64,000 nucleotides of DNA from positions 372,677-436,676 of the forward strand of contig JACKEN010000003.1 of assembly GCA_020632995.1 (NCBI GenBank), given 5' to 3'. The notes beneath the pieces were generated by a model. The model saw only the letters and a list, made by a program, of their open reading frames with translations. It was not told the DNA's origin and did no database searches. The number at the start of each line of letters is the position of its first letter. Position 1 is the stretch's first letter. The translations under genes and the position numbers were made by a program. Origin of the DNA: Deltaproteobacteria bacterium (lineage in GTDB: Bacteria > Myxococcota > Kuafuiibacteriia > Kuafuiibacteriales > Kuafuiibacteriaceae). Below, piece by piece: positions 8,646 through 18,496 of this stretch.

Positions 8646-11600
8646 CAGTACTCCACGACCTGATCCCACATGTCGACGCTGGCGGCGCCGTTGAAGGTGT
8701 AGGCCCACTCGGGCGACGTCGCGGGGTTGAAGGCGGCGCCGTTCTTGTCGATGTCCGTGATCTTCACGTCGGCGGCCGCGTAGGCCGTCGCGCCCCACAC
8801 GCCGGCGTCGTTCACCTGCATGTTGGTGAGGACGCACTTGTTGGCCGCGGTCCCCGGGTTCTGATCCACGGAGTGGAACATCTCGCTGCCGAACTGGTAG
8901 TTCGGGAGGCGCCGCGTCTTCCACTCCACGTGGGTGAAGCTGTCCCACTCTACGCCGCCGATGCGCGCGACCACCTTGCCGGTGGCTACGTCCTCCACCG
9001 CCGCGCTGAAGTCGCCGGCCGTCCAGCCCCCGGCGGGCTTGAGCTTGTAGTAGTGCCCCCCGGCCGTCCCCGTGTTCACCTCGAAGTACACCGCCGTGGT
9101 GGCGGCAGCGGCGGCGGCGTTGCGGTCCACGGCGAGGCCGGTCTGGATCCAGTAGTCGCCGGTGACGGTGCCCATGTCCTGGACGCTGAACCACACGTTC
9201 GTGGAGGCGAACGTCCGCATCGGCGCCGGCGACCAGTCGACCTTCGCCTCCGGCGACGCGATGTTCCCGCGCATCCCCATCAGCGTCGTGGTGGGGTGGT
9301 TGTGGCTCCCGTTGATGCGATAGCGCACCGCCCCCCCGGCGGGGTCGCGATCGACATTGGCGACGACCTTGACGTCGTCCGCCGCGAGCACGTGGTTGGA
9401 GCTGTCCAGCAGCACGAGGCTCAGCAGGACGTTGCCGTGGTTGAAGCTCTCCATCGCGTAGGACAGATCCCCGGCGGTGATCTTCGCGGTCGGGACCACG
9501 AACACGTCCTTGTCAGGACCGCCGTCGGCCATCTTCGGACCGATGACGCCGTTGGTCTTCGTGTCGTCGAAGATCCGCAGCGGCGCCCGGTCCGCCGCCG
9601 TCCACGGCATGCCGGTGGCGGAGTTCGCGCTGCGCAGCTCGACCTTGCCCCCGGGCGGGACGAAGTCGATCTTGCGCAGCAGGAGCGTGGTGAGCTGCGC
9701 GACGTCGGCGGCGCCGTTCGTCGCGTTGTCGAGGTGATCTGCGTTGCCGTCGCCGTCGTTGTCGTCGTTGTTGACATTGACGATCATCGCCTTGGCGTCG
9801 AGCTCGTGGCCGTCGTCGGTCAGCCCGATCGTGCCGTCCATGTCCGTGTCGAGGTCCAGATCCACCGCGGCGACGTGGAGCACCCAGCTTCGGGTGGCGA
9901 GCGGGAAGCCCGTGTCGTCCTGCATCTCGAGGGTCAGCGTCGCATCGCCGGCCCCGATGCCTTCGGCGAACACGTTGGCCGGGATGGTGTCGGCGAGGAG
10001 GTCCCAGGGGGTCGCGAGGGAGAACGGCGCGGTCTTCACCGCGGTGGTCGACAGCGCCGCGTTCCCCGCCCCGACATCGAACCGCAGGTCAGCGTGCATC
10101 GGGACGCCGGTCGGCAGCACCACCACCGAGAAGGCCACGAGGTCGTTCTCGCCGAGGATCGGGCCGGGCTGGTTCGCGTCGCGGACGCCGTTGACGTCGT
10201 CGTCGTCGTCGTTGAGCCGCAGGAACGCCTCCGGCGGCGCGACGCCGAGGTCGCCGGCGGCGGGGGTCAGCGACAGGTAGTAGACGACGACGTGATGCGG
10301 TGCGCTCTTGCCGAAGCTCGCGAAGCTCGAAGACAGCGCCTCGATCTGCACCGTGTACTCACCGGGCGGCACCGTGACGCCGGCGGACTTGCCGTCCCAG
10401 TGGAAGGTCCCGCTCGCGGCCGCGCCGAGGTCGACCTCGGCCACCAGCGTCGACGAGGCGTCGCGAACGCGCGCGATGCAGTGGCCGAGGGTGACCGACC
10501 CGAGCACCTGGTACGGTACGTCGATGGTGCTCGTCCCCGCTTCGAGCGGGTCGCGCTCGACGTAGCGGGTGGCCGCGGCGCCGATCTTCACCTCCGCGAC
10601 CTCGATCCAGATCGCGTCCGGCTGGGCGTCGCCGTAGGTCGTCGGTCCGAGCAGGGCGTCGTCCAGGGTCAGGACGACGGTGTAGAAGCCGGGCTGCGGC
10701 AGGGCCCCCGAGGCGCCGTAGCCGTTCCAGTGGAAGGCGAGGACCGATCCCTTGGTGGAGGCCAGGACGTTCGGGTCCCAGGCGGTGAAGACCGGGACCA
10801 GGCTGCCCTGGGGGAACACGTCGAGCCGGGTGAAGAGGCCGAACGAGAACAGCGGGTCGTCGTAGAGGGTGGCGTCGACGAAGTAGGAGATCATCACGTC
10901 GGTGTCGCTCGCCAACTCCACGAAGGCCGGGAACACGGTGGTCGGCGCGTTGATGCACACCGCGGTCGGGCAGTTGCCGATCGTGACGTAGGTCGTCTGG
11001 CTCCCATGGAAGGCCGGCGTGTCGTCGTCGGTGACGTCCACCGAGATGCTCCAGGTGCCCATGCAGGCGGGGGGGATCGCCGCCCCCGCTGTGAACAGGG
11101 TGAGGGTGGTCAGCGTTGCCCCGGAGGTGATGGAGGGCCCGAGCCCGCAGCCCGCGGGCGCGACGAAGGACCAGGCATAGTCCGAGATCCCGGTGCCGTA
11201 CTGCGTCGGGTCGCCGAGGAGGAAGTTGTCGAGGTCGACCGCGAACACCGACACCGCGATGTCGGCGAGGGTGACGCCGCCGGTGGTCTCGAAGCGCGCC
11301 GACGGTGAGATGAAGACCAGAGGGGGCACGTTGGGGTCGTTGATGAGCACGTCTTCGGTGTCCGAGCCGCTCGTCGTCTCGGCGTCGGCGATCTCCAGCG
11401 AGAACCCCCACTGGCCCGGTTTGATGTTCGAGAACGGGATCGTCGCCGTGGGGCCGCTCGCGGTGACGCCGAGCGCGTCGTCGACCCGGCCCGGGAAGAA
11501 CGTGGCGCTCTGCTCGATGGGGATGTCGATCAAGCTCCACGTGTACTGCGTGACGCCGCCCGAGATCCCCGCCACCGGGCGCCCGTCCGTGACATGGCAG

Positions 11601-13051
11601 TCGTGCGCGGGGTCGAGGGGGCAGTCCGAGTCGGGGTCCCAGGAGCGGCGCCCATCGAGGACGAGCGGAAACGAGAGGAACGAGATCGTCCCGGGACCGT
11701 CGATGTTCGCCTGCGGCGGCGCGTTGACGAGCACGGAGAAGGTGTCCTTCACGCTCTCGCCCTCGTTGTCGGTCACGGTCAGCTCGAAGACCCAGGTGCC
11801 CGCGTCGAGGAAGGTGGTCGGCATCGAGATCGTCGGCAAGCTGCTGTACCCGGTCTGTAGCCCGGCGGTGCCGCTGCCCGGCGCCTGGACGATGTCCCAG
11901 CGATAGGTGAGCGCGCCGCCGTCGAGGTCCGCGGTGAACGTCGTCTCCGCCTGCACCAGGTCTCCGATCTCCACCCGCGGGCTCCCGGAGAAGTGGATCT
12001 CGGGGGGGATGTTCTTGACCTCGATGGTGTGATCCGCGGTGCCCGTGGTGCTCTCGTTGTCGGTCGCGGTGACGTGGAACTTCCAAACCCCGATGTCGAT
12101 GTCGGTCGTCGGCAGGACGAGGGTGGCGGTGGTGGCGATGTTGCTGGCCGGGGCGTGCGAAGCGCCCGACGGTGACTGCACCAGGTCCCACGAGAAGGTC
12201 AGGTTGCCGCCGTCGACGTCGGTGGTCGGCGTGATCTGCAGGCTGATGTCCTGGGTGGCGTCGACGCTCGCTGGCCCGGTGATGGAGATCGACGGTGGCA
12301 CGTTGGGGACCTTGAAGGTATGGGTGAAGGTCTTGCGCTCCCCTTCGTTGTCGTCGAGGAGGAGCTGGAACGTCCAGTCCCCCAGATCGGCGTCGCTCGT
12401 GAACGCGATGCTCGGGTCCGCGGTGTTGGCCCCGGACAGCGTCTTGGAGGACGACGCGGGCTTGTGGGTGATGCTCCAGGAGTGCTTCAGCGCGCCTCCA
12501 TCCGGGTCGTTGCTGTGGGCGTGCAGGTGCACGGTGGCGTTCCAGGCCGGCGCCGGGTCGTGGGTGATGCTCGCGGTCGGCGGATTGTTGAACACGTCGA
12601 CGATGTAGTGCAGCGGCTCGGAGCAGTGGTACACGTAGCCCGGGTCGCAGGTGGGGGTGCAGGTCCCAGCACAGGCCGCGGGGTTGGCGGCCAGGCAGTC
12701 ACAGTCGATCTTCCAGGTCCCGACGTCGAGGAGGGAGAGGAACCGAAACGAGAAGTCGGCGCAGCACTGCCCGCTCGAGCAGTTCATCCAGCAGGCGGGC
12801 ACCACGCCAAACTCGGCCGACGTGGTCTGGTGACCGGGATCGCTCCCCGGCGCGATGGTGATGCCGTTCGCGCCCGGGTGGGTGACGATCACGCACGAGA
12901 AGCCGAAGATGGCGTCGACCCCACCATCCACGCACTCGCCGTAGGGCTGGGTCGTCTTGACGAGGTGGCTCATGTGGACGGTGTTGCCCGCGCGCGCCGC
13001 GCCCGGCGCGAGCAGCAACGCGAGCGGCACGAGGAAGCGGCGGGCCATCAT
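8645..13051 (-). CDS. Giant secreted protein with Cys-rich N-terminal module and multiple PKD/Ig-like beta-sandwich repeats
   Basis: Signal peptide MMARRFLVPLALLLAPGAARA at the internal ATG pair; at least four repeats introduced by N[VIA]PP..I.[GS]P... (NVPPSISITGP, NIPPEIHFSGSP, NAPPQANIDGPG, NVPPLVFISPS); Cys-rich block CWMNCSSGQCC...CDCLAANPAACAGTCTPTCDPGY; ATGA overlaps at both ends. Confidence 0.8.
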   Translation of the reverse strand: MMARRFLVPLALLLAPGAARAGNTVHMSHLVKTTQPYGECVDGGVDAIFGFSCVIVTHPGANGITIAPGSDPGHQTTSAEFGVVPACWMNCSSGQCCADFSFRFLSLLDVGTWKIDCDCLAANPAACAGTCTPTCDPGYVYHCSEPLHYIVDVFNNPPTASITHDPAPAWNATVHLHAHSNDPDGGALKHSWSITHKPASSSKTLSGANTADPSIAFTSDADLGDWTFQLLLDDNEGERKTFTHTFKVPNVPPSISITGPASVDATQDISLQITPTTDVDGGNLTFSWDLVQSPSGASHAPASNIATTATLVLPTTDIDIGVWKFHVTATDNESTTGTADHTIEVKNIPPEIHFSGSPRVEIGDLVQAETTFTADLDGGALTYRWDIVQAPGSGTAGLQTGYSSLPTISMPTTFLDAGTWVFELTVTDNEGESVKDTFSVLVNAPPQANIDGPGTISFLSFPLVLDGRRSWDPDSDCPLDPAHDCHVTDGRPVAGISGGVTQYTWSLIDIPIEQSATFFPGRVDDALGVTASGPTATIPFSNIKPGQWGFSLEIADAETTSGSDTEDVLINDPNVPPLVFISPSARFETTGGVTLADIAVSVFAVDLDNFLLGDPTQYGTGISDYAWSFVAPAGCGLGPSITSGATLTTLTLFTAGAAIPPACMGTWSISVDVTDDDTPAFHGSQTTYVTIGNCPTAVCINAPTTVFPAFVELASDTDVMISYFVDATLYDDPLFSFGLFTRLDVFPQGSLVPVFTAWDPNVLASTKGSVLAFHWNGYGASGALPQPGFYTVVLTLDDALLGPTTYGDAQPDAIWIEVAEVKIGAAATRYVERDPLEAGTSTIDVPYQVLGSVTLGHCIARVRDASSTLVAEVDLGAAASGTFHWDGKSAGVTVPPGEYTVQIEALSSSFASFGKSAPHHVVVYYLSLTPAAGDLGVAPPEAFLRLNDDDDDVNGVRDANQPGPILGENDLVAFSVVVLPTGVPMHADLRFDVGAGNAALSTTAVKTAPFSLATPWDLLADTIPANVFAEGIGAGDATLTLEMQDDTGFPLATRSWVLHVAAVDLDLDTDMDGTIGLTDDGHELDAKAMIVNVNNDDNDGDGNADHLDNATNGAADVAQLTTLLLRKIDFVPPGGKVELRSANSATGMPWTAADRAPLRIFDDTKTNGVIGPKMADGGPDKDVFVVPTAKITAGDLSYAMESFNHGNVLLSLVLLDSSNHVLAADDVKVVANVDRDPAGGAVRYRINGSHNHPTTTLMGMRGNIASPEAKVDWSPAPMRTFASTNVWFSVQDMGTVTGDYWIQTGLAVDRNAAAAAATTAVYFEVNTGTAGGHYYKLKPAGGWTAGDFSAAVEDVATGKVVARIGGVEWDSFTHVEWKTRRLPNYQFGSEMFHSVDQNPGTAANKCVLTNMQVNDAGVWGATAYAAADVKITDIDKNGAAFNPATSPEWAYTFNGAASVDMWDQVVEY

Positions 13052-14220
13052 GGCCTCCGGGGGCTCGGTACGTTCGGCTTGCCCGGGCCCGCGCGCAGAG
13101 GACCCTCCGCCGCCGGGCCCGCGGCGGGTGGACCGAAGCGCGCCTCGGAGAACTCGGCGTAGCGCGGCGTGAAGCGGTCCTCGATCTTCGCCGCGGCCCG
13201 CAGCGCACTGACCAGCTCGCCCCGCCGCGCCGAGAAGCGGGCGGCCTCGATCGCCCCCAGGATCTCCGGCCGCGCCTCCTGCAGGCTGCGTTTCACCTCT
13301 GGCACGCGCTCGCGTCCGAACAGGAGCACCGCGCGATCGTCGAGCGCCACCACCTCGGACATGGCCCCCTCCGCGAGGCCATCGAGCGCCCGCCACAGGG
13401 CTGGCGCGAGGGTCTGCGAGGTCGCGTCGCCCAGGTCGCCGCCGAAGTCTCGCGACGGCGCATCGGAGACCGCCCGCGCCATGGCCGCGAACGAGAGGCC
13501 TTCGCGGGCGATCCGGTCCCGCAGCGCGCGGAGATCACGAACCCGCGCCACCACGTCGGCGTCGGGCCGAGCGATGAAGACGATCTCATTGCCCCGGCGG
13601 TGCGCGGGCCGGACGAAGCGGACGCGGTTGCGAGCGTAGAACGCCTCGACGTCGGCGTCCGTGATCGCCGGCGGGGGGCCGAGCAGCTTGCGGGTGAGGA
13701 CGAGGATCTCTTGCGCCCGCGTCGCGTCCGCGGCGTTGGGGCCGGCCATGTAGCGCTCGAAGGACGCCGGGGACGGGAACGTCGCGCCGAACGCCGCGAG
13801 CGCGTCGTCCCGCTCGGTCGCTGACACAGTGAGCCCCCGGCGCGTCGCGGCCTCACGGACGAGCGCCTCGTCCACCAGCTCGGCGATCACCGCCCGCTTG
13901 AGCCGGAACGCCGACACCTGGTCTGCGCCCGCGACGTTGGCGCGCTGAAACCGCTGCGCGAAGCGGCGGTTGACGTCCGCCGCCGGGATGGGGACGCCGT
14001 CGAGCGACACGGGCGACGTGGTCTCGGGGAGGGCCGCGTTCGGAGGGGCGGGCGAGTCGACCTTCGGGGGTTTCTTGGGCGGCGTAGGCGCCGGGCACCC
14101 CGTCGCGAGGACGATGAGGACGCACAGGGCGCCAGGGCCTGCGGCTCCGACCAAGAGTCTTCGTTTCACCGTCTCCCCCCCCGGAGCGATCAGCGCTCGT
14201 CCTATTCCCTGCGTGACCAA
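13048..14220 (-). CDS. SurA/PpiC-type peptidyl-prolyl cis-trans isomerase lipoprotein (parvulin domain)
   Basis: Lipoprotein-like LCVLIVLATGCPAP; parvulin-like DFGGDLG motif with flanking SurA-like chaperone region; first gene of the coupled operon; start codon uncertain (14220 or a downstream GTG). Confidence 0.65.
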   Translation of the reverse strand: MVTQGIGRALIAPGGETVKRRLLVGAAGPGALCVLIVLATGCPAPTPPKKPPKVDSPAPPNAALPETTSPVSLDGVPIPAADVNRRFAQRFQRANVAGADQVSAFRLKRAVIAELVDEALVREAATRRGLTVSATERDDALAAFGATFPSPASFERYMAGPNAADATRAQEILVLTRKLLGPPPAITDADVEAFYARNRVRFVRPAHRRGNEIVFIARPDADVVARVRDLRALRDRIAREGLSFAAMARAVSDAPSRDFGGDLGDATSQTLAPALWRALDGLAEGAMSEVVALDDRAVLLFGRERVPEVKRSLQEARPEILGAIEAARFSARRGELVSALRAAAKIEDRFTPRYAEFSEARFGPPAAGPAAEGPLRAGPGKPNVPSPRRP

Positions 14221-14599
14221 CTCCTACGCCTTTGTCTCGCGGTTCTCAATGGTGGCGCTGCGGACCTACTTTTCCCTTCAGATGAACTGCCCGAGGCGGC
14301 GTCTCTACCGCCAATCCCGGGAGTCTTCAGGGTCCAAAGCAACCATCGTCAACCTTGGTTGCGATCGACGAGCGCCTCGGGCTGGGTGAGGTTGTAGATC
14401 CTCGACCTTGACCCACGTGTGCCAGCCGTTCTCGCCGTGAGCCTCGGCGAAAGCCGACTTGCATCGATGCCGCGCTTCGTGCTCGCGGGAGCAGGCGTGT
14501 GACCGGTCCCTGCCAGGACGCGTGAACCCGAGCCACCGAAACAGGTTCCCGTCGATTGCGGTCCGCGGCCGATCGCCGAGGTTCGGGCCGACCCCGTCA
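14221..14599. promoter_or_regulatory. Intergenic region upstream of the minus-strand giant operon, presumed promoter
   Basis: About 380 bp non-coding gap between convergent/divergent units; lower GC than flanks; no specific motif identified. Confidence 0.25.
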
Positions 14600-15661
14600 T
14601 CACCGCGCGTCGTCGAGCTCGGCGGCGGGTCGGGGTTCCATGACCTCGAGTTGGAGCGCGTCGGGCGAGAGCGAGGTCAGGAAGGCGCGTGCGTCGAAGA
14701 GCTCGCCCGGGGCGAAGGCCCCCACGCGGTCGTCGTCGAGGATGCGGACCGCTGCCTCGACGACGAGCGGTGCGGTGACGGCGTAGATGTCACGACCCTC
14801 GACCCGGATCATCTGTGTCCAGCCGCCGCTTTGGGCTCGGACCTGCACCTGGAACTGCTGGCAGGACCGTCCGCTGTCGTCGGCGGCGACAGGCGCGGGC
14901 GTCGCCTCGTCCAAGACGTCGGCGAGCGCGCGGTCGGCGAGCCAGGTGGTGACCTGGTCCACCTCGATGTGGCGATGGATCAGCGGCATCTCGCTGAACG
15001 GCACCACGGTCACCGGCTGCACCTCGAACGGCGGCCCAAACACGATTCTTCGTCGGCCGCGCTCCGCCTCGACGGGGACCAGGCAGGCACCTCGGATGAT
15101 CTGACGCCGCACCGTGTTGCGTCGACCGGTGGCGCGGGTGCCGGCGGTGGGGTGCCACGAGTCGAGGGCGATCGCGATCTCGACGTCTTCGAGCGGACCG
15201 AGCTGGTCGGCGGCGATGGTCACGATCAGGTCTGCCAGCCCCCCGAAGAAGCCCATGCCAGGGACGACACGGACCCCGGCGGCACGGGCGGGGGCGTCGA
15301 ACTCGGCGAGGGTCGCGGCGGCGCTCGCCTGCTCGGCGGTGACGTCGAGGTAGTGCGCGCCGGCCCTCAGTGTAGCCCGCACGACCGCGTCGGCGGTGTC
15401 GAGGAATGGCCCCGCGCAGTTGATGACGACGGGGACGCCGGCCAGCGCCTCGGTGAGCCGAGCCGGATCCCACACGTCGGCCTCGCGGCGCTCGACGCGC
15501 GGATCCAGGCTTGCGAGCGGCTGGGCGCTTCGTCCGACGGCGACCACCGAGAGGTCTCGGCGCAGGAGCTCGGCGACGACGAATCGACCGGTGTGGCCGC
15601 CTGCCCCCACGACGGCAACGCAGGGTCCTTGGGCTGGGTCGAGGGCTGCTTCTTCCTGCAT
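14600..15661 (-). CDS. Saccharopine dehydrogenase-like NAD(P)-binding oxidoreductase
   Basis: Rossmann motif VAVVGAGGHTGRFV after the internal ATG; saccharopine-dehydrogenase/NAD(P)-binding fold pattern; upstream 68 codons of the ORF are run-on. Confidence 0.7.
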   Translation of the reverse strand: MQEEAALDPAQGPCVAVVGAGGHTGRFVVAELLRRDLSVVAVGRSAQPLASLDPRVERREADVWDPARLTEALAGVPVVINCAGPFLDTADAVVRATLRAGAHYLDVTAEQASAAATLAEFDAPARAAGVRVVPGMGFFGGLADLIVTIAADQLGPLEDVEIAIALDSWHPTAGTRATGRRNTVRRQIIRGACLVPVEAERGRRRIVFGPPFEVQPVTVVPFSEMPLIHRHIEVDQVTTWLADRALADVLDEATPAPVAADDSGRSCQQFQVQVRAQSGGWTQMIRVEGRDIYAVTAPLVVEAAVRILDDDRVGAFAPGELFDARAFLTSLSPDALQLEVMEPRPAAELDDAR

Positions 15662-15815
15662 CGATGGATAATACAGACAGGTCTGTCTTTCTGCAACTGG
15701 ACATGTACGAGGCGCGATCGTCCTCGATCTGGGCCATCGAGCGGGGCAGGCCCGCGGTAGGGTCGGGCGCCTCGAGGTCTGTCTCGTGGGGAGGTCGGCG
15801 GCTAGTCTCGAGGAC

Positions 15816-16403
15816 ATGCCGCCCTCGTCCCGACCCTCCGATGTGCGCGAGCGCATCCTCGCCACCGCCGCGTCGCTCTTCTACGAGCAGGGCGCCCGTG
15901 CGGTCGGCATCGATCTCGTCATCGAACGGGCGAAGGTCGCCAAGGCGAGCCTCTACCGGCACTTCGCGACGAAGGACGACCTCGTCGCGGCGTTCCTCGA
16001 GCTCGAGGACGCGGACTTCTGGCGAACCTGGGACGCCGTCGCCGCGGAGCACGCTGGCGACCCCGCCGCCGAGCTCGAGGCGCACGCGAGGTGGATCGCC
16101 GAGCGGCTCGCGCGCCCTGGGTATCGCGGCTGCCCACAGCTGAACGTCGCGGCCGAGTTCGCCGATCCGAACCACCCCGCTCGTCGAGTCGCCGTCGACC
16201 ACAAACGGAGGATGCGCGCTCGGCTGCGCTCGTCCGCCGAGCTTCTCGAGGTCGCCGATCCGGATCAGTTGGCCGGGCAGCTGACGGTGTTGTTCAACGG
16301 CGCGTTCGTCAGCTCCGGGGTGATCGACGCAGGTGAGGCGGAGGCGCTCCTGGTGATGGCGGTCCGAGCGCTCGCCGCCGGCTCGGCCCGTCGAGGCGCT
16401 TGA
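15816..16403 (+). CDS. TetR/AcrR-family transcriptional regulator
   Basis: N-terminal HTH RERILATAASLFYEQGARAVGIDLVIERAKVAKASLYRHFATKDDLV; divergent from the oxidoreductase gene. Confidence 0.8.
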   Translation: MPPSSRPSDVRERILATAASLFYEQGARAVGIDLVIERAKVAKASLYRHFATKDDLVAAFLELEDADFWRTWDAVAAEHAGDPAAELEAHARWIAERLARPGYRGCPQLNVAAEFADPNHPARRVAVDHKRRMRARLRSSAELLEVADPDQLAGQLTVLFNGAFVSSGVIDAGEAEALLVMAVRALAAGSARRGA

Positions 16404-16434
16404 CCCGTGAATCCGAGTCCCGGGTAGTGGTCCT

Positions 16435-17560
16435 GTGAGTACCGCGACCGGAACGGTGGTCTCGGCAACGGCACGTACGCCCCTGCCGGAGCCCTATGTC
16501 TCGGCCTATATTGCAGGCGGCGACCCCGCGCGTGAGCAGGACTGGGTCCGGTTGGCCTCGGGCTTCACCGATGTGCGGGGTGTGTTCAGCTTGAGCTACG
16601 AGCTGGCTGACTTGCGGCAACGGGGCCAAGCGGCGCTTCTCGTGCGGGTGGTCGAGACCGCGCGGCCGCGCGACGGTGGCGAGACCCAACCGACCATGAG
16701 CGCTTCTTGTTTCGCATTGCTGAGGCGCAGCTACTCGAGGCAGGCGAGACGCCGCGGGAAAGTAGTGCGAGCGTCGACGTGGTGCTCGAGACCCGACGCA
16801 GGAGCAGAGAGCGGTTGGCGCGTTCGATCGCGAAGAGGGCCGGCACATGGCGGCGGCGATGTCGCAACACGCGACGCAGGCATCGCGCGTCGAGGAAGAC
16901 CGCGATCGACTCGTGGAGCACGTCTCATCGACCGGCGCGCGCCCTGACGAGCTTGAGCTGCGGACGCGCGTCGGACGGCACGACAGCGTCTACCAGGCCA
17001 ACGTGTCGACGATTCGCGCCGGCATCGAGCAGACCGTCAACACCTCGACGCAGCATGGACGCCTGTTTCTCGACGGCGACCAGCTCGCGGCGTTGCAGGA
17101 TTCGCATGGCCAACTCTCGAGCGTGATTCCGGCCGAAGCGCTGATGGCGCTGATTCGCCCCCAGAGCAAAGGTGACTTCCTCGACCTGTACCACGGGCCG
17201 CCACTCGCGGACCTATGCACAAACGACCTGCCACGCGACCCGTGCCTCGAACTGCTGAAGACCGAGGCGAGCGGTACGACCGACGACCCGGAGCCGGGCG
17301 GCAGTGCACCGCCCCCGGATAGTGACGACGGCGCTCGAGCCCCGGCCGCGCCGCTCACCGAGGCGCGCGTTGCTGAGCTGCTCAGCGCGCTGTTGGCCGG
17401 TGCCGAGGCGAAGCTGCCCGTGCTCGACAGCGGCGCCTCCACCGACACGATCAGCGAGGGCATTCGGGACTTCGTGCTGCACAGCGGGCCGGCGGTGCGG
17501 TCGGCCCCCCGCCCTCGCCGCGATTCGGACGAAGACCCAGAGAAGCGATCCGCCGCCCGT
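16435..17560 (+). pseudogene. Lower-GC stretch with coding-like ORF pieces in three successive frames, possible frameshifted or degraded gene
   Basis: ORFs 16435-16700 (frame 1), 16707-16850 (frame 0) and 16847 onward (frame 2) each show GC3-rich codon bias but are out of phase; no recognisable domain; the frame-2 ORF runs antisense into the fascin-like gene. Confidence 0.3.
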
Positions 17561-17595
17561 GACGCCCCCTGTGTTCGCTGGGGGCCCGAAGCGAC

Positions 17596-18357
17596 CTACT
17601 GCGCGCCGTCCATCCGGAATTGCTCCCAGGGACCGATCTGGTCGCGGTTGGCGTTCAGCTCGCCGTTGGACTCTGCCACCAGGTACTTCCCGTGCGCGCT
17701 CCGGAACGACACCGTGCCGTCGCCGTGCGACACCATCTGCCACTTCTCCCACGGGCCCACCCCGTCCCGGTTCGCGTTCGCGCGCCCGTCGCCCTCCGCC
17801 ACCAGGTACTTGCCGTGGTGGCTCTGGAAGGTCACCGTGCCGTCGGGGTTCTGCGTGAGGATCCACTTCTCCCACGGCCCCACCGCCTTGCGGTCGGCGC
17901 GGGCCCGGCCGTCCGCTTCGGCCACGACGAACGTGCCGTGCGCGGTGCGCAGTGAGACGAGGCGGTTCGGGGCCGGGGGCGGAGGAGGCGGGCTCCCCCC
18001 GCCGCCGTCGGCGCCCACGATGCTGTACAGGACCCCGCCGTTCACCAGCACCTGCTTCTTCCAGAGGTCGAGCTGCACGCTCGCTCCGTCCGACTTCCTC
18101 AGGTACACCGACCACTCGTCGCGGTTCTCCTCGGTGAAGGTCGCGTGGGGGCTCGAGCTGCCCGCTTTGTACTCGGCCCACGCCCGCGGACCCGACTCCC
18201 GAAAGGACCCGCCGCTCCCGCCGGCCCCCACGTAGAAGACCGCGCTCGCGTCTGGCCCTTTGACCTGGGCCGACGCGGGCTTGGGCAGGGCGACGAGCAG
18301 CCCCGCAGCCACGACGAGCGCGGCGAGGGTGAGTAAGGGGTTGGATTGGGTGCGCAT
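17596..18357 (-). CDS. Secreted protein with three fascin-like (beta-trefoil) repeats after a poly-Pro linker
   Basis: Signal peptide MRTQSNPLLTLAALVVAAGLLVALPKPASA; three repeats of HGK[FY]LVAE.DGR.NANRD..GPWE.[WF]; GGGGSPPPPPPAP linker. Confidence 0.7.
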   Translation of the reverse strand: MRTQSNPLLTLAALVVAAGLLVALPKPASAQVKGPDASAVFYVGAGGSGGSFRESGPRAWAEYKAGSSSPHATFTEENRDEWSVYLRKSDGASVQLDLWKKQVLVNGGVLYSIVGADGGGGSPPPPPPAPNRLVSLRTAHGTFVVAEADGRARADRKAVGPWEKWILTQNPDGTVTFQSHHGKYLVAEGDGRANANRDGVGPWEKWQMVSHGDGTVSFRSAHGKYLVAESNGELNANRDQIGPWEQFRMDGAQ

Positions 18358-18496
18358 GGGGTCCTCCGGGGGCTGGGGCTCCGCAGAGCCGTGCTCATCG
18401 TTTCCAGCCCTGTTACGGAATCGGGCGCACCGCCCCCTCATCGACGAGCAATCCTTCCACCTCCCGGTGGAGCCGCCCCGCGGTAACCGTGGCGCG

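Noticed and set aside
8873-12191. 811-aa plus ORF and 610-aa minus out-of-frame ORF
   Set aside because: Shadow frames of the PKD-repeat giant gene. Low-complexity R/G/D/H-rich translations.
14790-16202. 470-aa minus ORF and 14459-15760 plus ORF
   Set aside because: Overlap the saccharopine-dehydrogenase-like gene and the TetR gene in wrong frame or on the antisense strand. Arg-rich junk composition.
16309-17463. Minus-strand ORFs 16309-16848, 16586-16921, 16990-17463
   Set aside because: Ser/Arg/Ala-rich with poor codon bias compared with the plus-frame pieces in the same region. Judged less likely coding than the plus-strand fragments, though the whole region remains uncertain.
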